The notes under the pieces are model-generated. The model made no database searches. It was given only the letters and a program-made list of their open reading frames with translations, and was not told the DNA's origin. The translations under genes were made by a program, and so were the position numbers. Positions 58,184 through 64,000 of a DNA stretch of 64,000 bases are shown one piece after another. This DNA is from a virus. The DNA is taken from the IMG/VR virus record IMGVR_UViG_3300025383_000010; one strand, given 5' to 3'. Every line of letters begins with the position of its first letter. The first letter of the stretch is position 1.

Positions 58184-58846
58184 TTAGTTTAATTTCCTCT
58201 TAAAAGAAATATTATGTTCTGATATTAGATTTACTATCTTCTTAACTGATCCGTATCGTAAATCTAATTTTTCTAATACCTGATTCAAGTTTTCTGAATC
58301 CTTGATAGCAGCTATTAGCTGCTCATCGGTGTATCTACTTGTTTTGAACCCTTTTACCCAACCCTTTCTCCAAGTAGGAGTCTGTGCGTGACAGTTAGGG
58401 CATAGTAATTCAAGGTTATCCTTTGTGTTATCTTTGCGGTCGCCGTTTTTATGCTCCAATTCAAGAACAATCGGTTTTCCTCTCCACTCAGAGAGTCCAC
58501 AACCCTCACAACAATATCCTCTCTCAGCAATTAGTGCGCTTTTGTGCTGACCCTTTCCATTATGTGAGAAATCTGCATATCGTTTTCCTGCATTCCAATT
58601 CATGTTATTTTTGGCAGTATCAGATAACGATTCATAAGCCTCTTTCGCAGAAGGTCGTTGCCCGGAATCATATGCTGCTTTTCCGGCAGCGGAGTTTTTC
58701 TTTTTAATCTCAGAGCAGGAAGCGGCTCCAGGACCACACATCAGTTTACCTGACTTGTTTCTAAAGTTTGCAACCAAACCACATCCATAACTACATAATT
58801 CAGTAGTTATTATTGCTTCTGCTTTCTTGGGCCCTCTTTTACTCAT
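58184..58846 (-). CDS. HNH endonuclease (paralog of 53222-53842)
   Basis: LELEHKNGD..DN...NLELLCPNCH. Confidence 0.9.
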   Translation of the reverse strand: MSKRGPKKAEAIITTELCSYGCGLVANFRNKSGKLMCGPGAASCSEIKKKNSAAGKAAYDSGQRPSAKEAYESLSDTAKNNMNWNAGKRYADFSHNGKGQHKSALIAERGYCCEGCGLSEWRGKPIVLELEHKNGDRKDNTKDNLELLCPNCHAQTPTWRKGWVKGFKTSRYTDEQLIAAIKDSENLNQVLEKLDLRYGSVKKIVNLISEHNISFKRKLN

Positions 58847-59164
58847 AGTAGTGTTCCTTAATTGGGTGACACAACTATTTATCATTTAGTCTACCAATTT
58901 AGTATTTACTCGCCGTGATCCATGTCTCAAATTAAATCACTGATAGTATCTTTCAACTACTGCTACAGCCTTCGGGTACATAGGAGAGAATTGAGAATGT
59001 CCCCTATCTCATACGGCATACTGTACACACGCGAGTAATTAGGTGTGTTGTTTAGTCGTTACACTAAAAGCTACTTGTCATTTGGGATCCGAGTGAGGCG
59101 TCACCCGTCGATCCGGCCAGACTCCCAATGGGTTTTTTCACTTCCTTAGGGACAACACATAAAC

Positions 59165-59240
59165 TGGTGCCTGGGGACGGAATCGAACCGCCGACACGGA
59201 GATTTTCAGTCTCCTGCTCTACCAACTGAGCTACCCAGGC
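59165..59240 (-). tRNA. tRNA-Phe(GAA)
   Basis: Cloverleaf. Confidence 0.9.
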
Positions 59241-59245
59241 AGTAA

Positions 59246-59331
59246 ACTTATTAGAAGAACACACTGTCGTCACCACCATTCTCGCCCGTGTTACGGGGCC
59301 TATGTCCGTCCTGTGTGTTCATCTAATAAGT
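59246..59331 (-). ncRNA. Closing-stem RNA C
   Basis: ACUUAUUAGA-U-GAACACA / UGUGUUC-U-UCUAAUAAGU. Confidence 0.55.
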
Positions 59332-59334
59332 CTA

Positions 59335-59574
59335 TCATTGAGATAAACTTCTCAGGAATGCGAATACTTCTTCTTCGGAACGATAGATAGCGTGATGTGC
59401 TATCGGACGAGTTAACGCCACTTGATAGTGATCACCAAACTTTCTGATTATTCCGTAGCCCTCAAACCTACCATTACCTGCTGAACGATTGTTCCAGCGA
59501 GTGCGATAGCGATAAGGGAAAGATTCACATTCGTAGGTCACGCCGAGGATCTCAGCGCACTTTTCATAGAACAT
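59335..59574 (-). CDS. Hypothetical protein
   Basis: Start MFYEKC after AAGGA RBS; RTRWNNR..GNGR. Confidence 0.7.
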   Translation of the reverse strand: MFYEKCAEILGVTYECESFPYRYRTRWNNRSAGNGRFEGYGIIRKFGDHYQVALTRPIAHHAIYRSEEEVFAFLRSLSQ

Positions 59575-59599
59575 GATCTTCCTTTCTTTATATAAAGTC

Positions 59600-59674
59600 G
59601 TAACCCTCGTATGGGATTCGAACCCATGTTCCCGACCTTCCCGGTCGGCGTCCTGTCCGCTAGACGAACGAAGC
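59600..59674 (-). pseudogene. Degenerate Glu-like tRNA
   Basis: D and T arms intact; anticodon loop lacks U33; no CCA. Confidence 0.55.
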
Positions 59675-59762
59675 AAGAGATAAGTAAGATTCCCGTGATC
59701 AAATCGGGCGATCTTAATCTCTTGGACTTTCCCACCTATGATGATCAGCCATAGTCGGAAAC

Positions 59763-59861
59763 TGGCGTCGGGCGGGGGTTATTGCACCCTGCGGTTAAGC
59801 ATTTTCTCCATTCTTCTCGGGGTCTAGAAATCCCTCTGAAAGCAACTATGCCATACCCAAC
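59763..59861 (-). ncRNA. Atypical CCA-ended tRNA-like RNA
   Basis: 7-bp acceptor GTTGGGT/GCCCGAC-G-CCA; non-canonical arms. Confidence 0.45.
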
Positions 59862-59971
59862 ATTAAATTAATATGAAGTGTCAGAGTCGGCTCACCGATT
59901 TGAACGGTTAAGTAACTAGTATAGTATCCACATACCTACGCTCTGAAACGCACTAGACTCACTTCATAAAC

Positions 59972-60046
59972 TGGCGACCGTGAGGGATTACGATACCCCG
60001 ACCTTTCGCGTGACAGGCGAATGCTCTTCCTCTGAGCTACACGGCC
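59972..60046 (-). tRNA. tRNA-Asp(GUC), atypical T-loop
   Basis: TTCGC-CT-GTC-AC-GCGAA. Confidence 0.85.
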
Positions 60047-60450
60047 AATTTTCTAAGTTGTGCGAGTTTGCCTTTTCGGGCACCCTCGTTCATTCGTCTT
60101 CGTCCTTCTTCACTTACATTCTTTACACCCCAGGTGTCTGTTTGAGTGTGACAGTTAGGACATAGATATCTTAAATTATTTTGGGAATTATTGGAATTGT
60201 TCCCGTCAACATGATCTATCTGCAATCTTATATGTTTGCCATTGTATTCTGTAATACCACAGCAACTACATTTATATTCATTTGTGCGTCTAAAATAAGT
60301 CAGTGCATTATTACGGGTATAGTTACCACTTTCAATCTTCTTTCGTAGAGAGTCAATAATCTGACAATCTCTATTACAGTATTTTCCTAAGGTCTGTGAC
60401 GGGCGCCACATGAATTCAGTTTCACACACTGTACAATTAACTCTAGGCAT
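60037..60450 (-). CDS. HNH endonuclease overlapping tRNA-Asp 5' end
   Basis: LQIDHVDGNNSNN...NLRYLCPNCH. Confidence 0.9.
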   Translation of the reverse strand: MPRVNCTVCETEFMWRPSQTLGKYCNRDCQIIDSLRKKIESGNYTRNNALTYFRRTNEYKCSCCGITEYNGKHIRLQIDHVDGNNSNNSQNNLRYLCPNCHTQTDTWGVKNVSEEGRRRMNEGARKGKLAQLRKLAV

Positions 60451-60506
60451 TAGGTTAGTCCTTTCATAGACTATTTATCATTCTAACCTAACTAACGAGC
60501 CATTAA

Positions 60507-60610
60507 ACTTTTTAGAAGAACCCTGACAGGATTCGAACCTGCGCTAGGAAAACCCATTGAGGGCGTAAGTACCACTCTCACATTACATCAACAGGGTTCA
60601 TCTAAAAAGT
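60507..60610 (-). ncRNA. Closing-stem RNA D with tRNA T-arm
   Basis: ACUUUUUAGA-U-GAACCCUG / CAGGGUUC-U-UCUAAAAAGU; insert has GCAGG-TTCGAAT-CCTGT. Confidence 0.6.
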
Positions 60611-60727
60611 CTATCATAGTTAGGAAGAGTCACGGTGCTAGGGAGGGTCCGTTGCTCTATTTCAGGTCTTGCCAGTGCCACTCTCACGCCCTTAGCTTGA
60701 CCACCTAATAGAAAAATTCATTCAACA

Positions 60728-60795
60728 ATGTCAAAGAACAGAGAGTGTTTCGCTCTCTATGTTCTCGTTATAGCAAACAACGATACCGTTGTCAA
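60728..60795 (-). promoter_or_regulatory. Promoter with boxB-like hairpin and boxA
   Basis: TTGACA-17-TATAAC; AGAGAG-CGAAACA-CTCTCT; TGTTCTTTGACAT. Confidence 0.75.
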
Positions 60796-60804
60796 CCTTT
60801 TTTT

Positions 60805-60879
60805 TGGTAGCCCGAACGGGTTTCGATCCCGCTTCTACTCCTTGAAAGGGAGGTATCCTAGCCACTAGACGACCGGGCC
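60805..60879 (-). tRNA. tRNA-Glu(UUC), second copy
   Basis: Cloverleaf; T-loop ATCGAAA. Confidence 0.85.
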
Positions 60880-60885
60880 ATATAT

Positions 60886-60961
60886 TGGTGGAGCCTACGG
60901 GGATCGAACCCGTGACCTTTTGTCTGCCAGACAAATGCTCTCCCATCTGAGCTAAAGCCCC
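60886..60961 (-). tRNA. tRNA-Ala(GGC)
   Basis: Cloverleaf. Confidence 0.9.
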
Positions 60962-60969
60962 AAATATCA

Positions 60970-61055
60970 TGGCGGAGTGTGATAGCATCGAACTATGTAC
61001 CTCGCAGTACCTACTGTTTTCGGGACAGTGTGAGGAGCCAACCTCAGCACACTCC
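60970..61055 (-). tRNA. tRNA-Ser(CGA), atypical
   Basis: ACTGT-CC-CGA-AA-ACAGT (C33), odd D arm. Confidence 0.7.
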
Positions 61056-61062
61056 ATTAAAC

Positions 61063-61138
61063 TGGTCGGGAAGACAGGGATCGAACCTGCGACCTCGGCG
61101 TCCCGAACGCCGCGCTCTACCACCTGAGCTACTTCCCG
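61063..61138 (-). tRNA. tRNA-Pro(CGG)
   Basis: Cloverleaf. Confidence 0.9.
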
Positions 61139-61144
61139 TTGAAT

Positions 61145-61223
61145 TGGTCGGGATAGCAGGATTTGAACCTGCGGTCTCAAGTCCCCCAGACTTGCGCGTT
61201 AGGCCTGACTACGCTATATCCCG
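61145..61223 (-). tRNA. tRNA-Pro(GGG)
   Basis: Cloverleaf. Confidence 0.9.
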
Positions 61224-61314
61224 TTGATTGGTGGAGCGGCTTTTTACTTTCGCAACGCTATACCGTCCCCAAACCTCGTCAGGCACCGATACAGTCAAGT
61301 ACCGGCTGTTATAT

Positions 61315-61404
61315 TGGCGGAGTCGGTGAGATTCGAACTCACGGTACCCTTGCGAGTACAACACCTTTCCAGGGTGTCACAATCGGCCACTCTGTCACGA
61401 CTCC
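61315..61404 (-). tRNA. tRNA-Ser(GGA)
   Basis: Type II cloverleaf. Confidence 0.9.
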
Positions 61405-61410
61405 ATGATT

Positions 61411-61474
61411 TGGCGCGGTCACTTTTTTTCTATACTGGGGCTACTTTCGGAAGGTAGTCCATATATGTGACCGC
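61411..61474 (-). ncRNA. 64-nt CCA-ended armless tRNA-like RNA
   Basis: GCGGTCAC/GTGACCGC-G-CCA stem with one internal hairpin. Confidence 0.5.
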
Positions 61475-61481
61475 ATAAGAA

Positions 61482-61556
61482 TGGTGCGCGATGCAGGAGT
61501 TGAACCTGCCGCCTCTTCCATGTCAAGGAAGCGTTCTACCGATGAACTAATCACGC
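61482..61556 (-). tRNA. tRNA-Val(GAC)
   Basis: Cloverleaf. Confidence 0.9.
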
Positions 61557-61564
61557 ATTAAGAC

Positions 61565-61640
61565 TGGGGTGTAAGACGGGGATCGAACCCGCGACATGCG
61601 GTACCACAAACCGCCGCTCTACCACTGAGCTACAAACACC
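61565..61640 (-). tRNA. tRNA-His(GUG)
   Basis: Encoded G-1 and C73. Confidence 0.9.
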
Positions 61641-61646
61641 ATGAAT

Positions 61647-61720
61647 TGGCATACCCCGTAGGAGTCGAACCCACGCTCTCGGACTTGGAAACCGATGTGC
61701 TACCGTAACACTTGAGGTAT
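61647..61720 (-). tRNA. tRNA-Trp(CCA), second copy
   Basis: A1-U72, G73, loop TT-CCA-AG. Confidence 0.75.
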
Positions 61721-61724
61721 ATGA

Positions 61725-61916
61725 TTAAGAGTTATCTGTAGGGAAAATGTTATATACTTCGTTGATGAGATTGTAGTCATCATCAAAGACTTTTGCATGA
61801 TAGCCTTGTTGTGCTTGAGATAGTGCATAAGCATAAGCATCTTCCTGAGTATCATACTCGGTAGTGATTACGTTTAGTACTTGATTCTCGTCGTAGACTT
61901 GCACACAGACTTTCAT
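61725..61916 (-). CDS. Hypothetical protein
   Basis: Late promoter and GAGGA RBS. Confidence 0.7.
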   Translation of the reverse strand: MKVCVQVYDENQVLNVITTEYDTQEDAYAYALSQAQQGYHAKVFDDDYNLINEVYNIFPTDNS

Positions 61917-61943
61917 TGATTGATCCTCTACGATATTTATCTA

Positions 61944-62021
61944 TGGTGCAACCAGAAGGACTTGAACCTTCAACCTTCGGTTTCGTAGACCGACGCTCTA
62001 ATCCAGTTGAGCTATGGCTGC
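61944..62021 (-). tRNA. tRNA-Arg(ACG)
   Basis: Cloverleaf. Confidence 0.9.
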
Positions 62022-62116
62022 ATGAAATCTTCCCTGTTTTTATAGAGGTGTCGGGAACCTCTACCGGTAAGCACTAGAGCAGACCCAGGAACCGCTCTTT
62101 AGTAATCCGGCGAAAC

Positions 62117-62193
62117 TGGTACCCTCGGAGAGACTCGAACTCCCGACATTCTGGTTCGAAGCCAGACACTCTAATCCACTGAGCTACGAGGGC
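62117..62193 (-). tRNA. tRNA-Arg(UCG)
   Basis: Cloverleaf. Confidence 0.9.
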
Positions 62194-62201
62194 ATGAAGA
62201 A

Positions 62202-62277
62202 TGGTGCTGTATGACGGAATCGAACCGCCGACATCCTGATTACTAAACAGGTACTCTACCAACTGAGTTAATACAGC
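62202..62277 (-). tRNA. tRNA-Thr(AGU)
   Basis: CCTGT-TT-AGT-AA-TCAGG. Confidence 0.8.
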
Positions 62278-62298
62278 ATAACATTATTTATACAGAGT

Positions 62299-62372
62299 TG
62301 GATGCCCCTCTAGGACTCGAACCTAGGTTGACGGATTCAAAGTCCGCTCTCTTACCACTAGAGGAAGGGGCA
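62299..62372 (-). tRNA. tRNA-Gln(UUG)
   Basis: Cloverleaf, U1-A72. Confidence 0.9.
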
Positions 62373-62429
62373 ACGATCAACTTTGTATAGTTACATTATA
62401 TATGCTTTGATATACGATGTCAAATATTT

Positions 62430-62503
62430 TGGATCCCCGAACTGGATTCGAACCAATATAAACAGAGTCAGAGTCTGTTGTCCTACCATTGAACGATCGG
62501 GGA
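62430..62503 (-). tRNA. tRNA-Gln(CUG)
   Basis: Cloverleaf, U1-A72. Confidence 0.9.
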
Positions 62504-62821
62504 ATGAAATCTATTCATATTAACACACTCGGGGTGCCGATTCCTGCAAATTCAGAGTATGAGGGGCGTTGTTTTGCCGTTATGTGTTTATAAGAATAGA
62601 TTTAGCCTTTTGTTGACAAGCGATCTATGTTGTCTGGCATTTCAGACTTGACCGCTTGAGAGGATCGTAATGTCCTCATCTGATAGATTTTTCATCACCC
62701 TCAGGTGAATCCATCCTTACCACCGCCCGTTCTTTTTTTATAGTGCTTTGCAGCCTCGTTCCGACTTGCACTTTTGTCAGTCTTTCACCTGACTGTCAGA
62801 GATTTACTTTCTGACTAATGG

Positions 62822-62850
62822 AAAACCCCAAGAACTTGAGTCCCCGGGGT
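62822..62850 (-). terminator. Terminator-like hairpin downstream of leader peptide
   Basis: ACCCCGGGGA-CTCAAG-TTCTTGGGGT-TTT; short U tract. Confidence 0.6.
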
Positions 62851-62879
62851 CTAAATAAACATGTTTATACTATGTCTAC

Positions 62880-63023
62880 CTAACCGCCGGGCTGTTGTTC
62901 CACTGCTGGGTCAAAGCTGCCGCGAATGCTTGTATTATATGACGCCGCGACCATGCCCAATGAGGATAATTGTCCCCAGAGTGTATGCTTTTTCAGCGAT
63001 ATGTTACAAGTGTTAGTAGTCAT
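62880..63023 (-). CDS. Putative attenuator leader peptide (47 aa)
   Basis: MTTNTCNISLKKHTLWGQLSSLGMVAASYNTSIRGSFDPAVEQQPGG*; GATAAATA 8 nt upstream of ATG. Confidence 0.55.
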   Translation of the reverse strand: MTTNTCNISLKKHTLWGQLSSLGMVAASYNTSIRGSFDPAVEQQPGG

Positions 63024-63161
63024 AGTGCTAGTATTTATCCCTGGCTTAAAATATGTTCATTTAAGATGCTGTTTTGGTGATTTCTCAACAATCAACATCA
63101 TATTCTCTCTTATATATCATTCAGAAACGAATGTCAACCTTTTTTTCAAAAAATTAGAGTG

Positions 63162-63305
63162 TCAAACTGCCCAGAAATCGTCAATATCAACCACGAGCTT
63201 CTGGCCCGCCTTATTCTTGATCAATGCCTTGAAAGGACCCATGTACTTCACAAAAGTACCAGGTTCTTCGGTCATCGTATCAATGTTGATGAAAGTGATA
63301 GCCAT
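63162..63305 (-). CDS. 47-aa early protein, copy 2
   Basis: Paralog of 37041-37184 with the same promoter. Confidence 0.75.
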   Translation of the reverse strand: MAITFINIDTMTEEPGTFVKYMGPFKALIKNKAGQKLVVDIDDFWAV

Positions 63306-63394
63306 TCTAGAAATCCTTTTCTTCGCTCTTGATATACTCTTATAACAAGTTTGGGTACACTTGTCAACCAAAAAATCACCTTCTCGTGAATAAA

Positions 63395-63465
63395 GATAAA
63401 TAAAAGTGAGTCGCGGAACGCCAATTCCCACTCACACTAACGCTTGAAAGGAGCAATCAGCTATG
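63395..63465 (+). promoter_or_regulatory. Late promoter plus structured leader of HNH gene (copy 2)
   Basis: GATAAATA; GTGAGT/ACTCAC stem; GGAGCAATCAGCTATG. Confidence 0.75.
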
Positions 63466-64000
63466 ACTATTTACTCAAAAAACCGAACCCCTAGTAAAAT
63501 CTATCGTAGGATATATGAGCAATGCCACGGTCCTATCCCCAAAGACGAAGATGGACGAACGTATGATATTCACCATATCGACGGTGACACTGAAAACAAT
63601 CATCCTTCTAATTTAATCGCATTATCTATTCGAGAACACTATGCTGTCCACAAAGCACAAGGAGACTACGGGGCTTGTTGGAAAATATCGGCCAAGTTGA
63701 AACTTACAGTAGGTGAGTTTTCAGACTTAGCAAGACTGCGCGCGGTGGCGCGAGTTACAAACGGAACACACCCTTTCTTAGGCGGAGACATATCTAGACG
63801 GGCACAACTAAAATTAGTAGAAGAAGGAAAACACCACTTACAGCAAAAGGGATGTAACCATCCTAAATATGATTCTACCATCTATGTGTTACAAAATATA
63901 AACTCGCTGGAAATCGTATCCGGAACTAGACAAGAACTAGTAGCCAAACTACGCCTCACTGACGACAAGTTATCTAAATTGCTATGCAAGAGACGCAGAA
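63463..64000 (+). CDS. HNH homing endonuclease (3' truncated), paralog of 21298-21747
   Basis: GPIPKD....YDIHHIDGD..NN...NL......EHY..H..QGDYGA. Confidence 0.85.
   Translation, partial: MTIYSKNRTPSKIYRRIYEQCHGPIPKDEDGRTYDIHHIDGDTENNHPSNLIALSIREHYAVHKAQGDYGACWKISAKLKLTVGEFSDLARLRAVARVTNGTHPFLGGDISRRAQLKLVEEGKHHLQQKGCNHPKYDSTIYVLQNINSLEIVSGTRQELVAKLRLTDDKLSKLLCKRRR

Noticed and set aside
59763-59861. Amber suppressor (CUA) reading and stop-codon recoding
   Set aside because: The anticodon stem does not frame CUA properly, and intact genes end at TAG without apparent read-through.
61229-61312. CUGACGA...GAAA hammerhead-like core
   Set aside because: Stems I and II do not pair convincingly by eye.
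60731-61457. ORFs spanning tRNA genes (e.g. 60731-61180), also 46319-46913
   Set aside because: They translate tRNA or structured-RNA sequence; no protein features.
62715-62775. preQ1-riboswitch-like stem followed by AUAAAAAAA
   Set aside because: Loop consensus is absent and there is no downstream gene to regulate.

Overview
A 64-kb segment of a large lytic dsDNA tailed phage with T4-like features: rIIA/rIIB, (A/T)TAAATA late promoters and many sigma70-type early promoters. The host is possibly an alphaproteobacterium (inference only). 1-22 kb (+): early accessory genes, including a tandem array of 13 small ORFs joined by a repeated 15-nt junction TTGAGGTGGTCATGA, plus enzymes (TOPRIM primase-like, GT32, GT4, metallophosphoesterases, dCMP deaminase, 5'-nucleotidase, IF-1, Fe/Mn SOD, kinase-like, GNAT-like). 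23-35.8 kb (+): tail-fibre/LamG adhesin-like genes, pirin and a papain-like protease. 35.8-45 kb (-): rIIA/rIIB, SleB hydrolase and early hypotheticals. 45.8-62.5 kb (-): 42 hand-read tRNA genes covering all 20 amino acids, interleaved with about 9 free-standing endonucleases, Pth2, SpeD, a ~850-nt GNRA-rich RNA (GOLLD-like) and several structured RNAs. Best candidates for new biology: (1) a 47-codon leader peptide using all 20 amino acids, whose stop overlaps an antiterminator arm in front of a terminator at the head of the tRNA cluster (putative general tRNA-shortage attenuator); (2) the LRWS-junction gene-cassette array; (3) rrn-like boxB/boxA leaders on tRNA-cluster promoters; (4) four RNAs with a shared closing stem and variable inserts. 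All calls were made by eye; no searches or folding programs were run.
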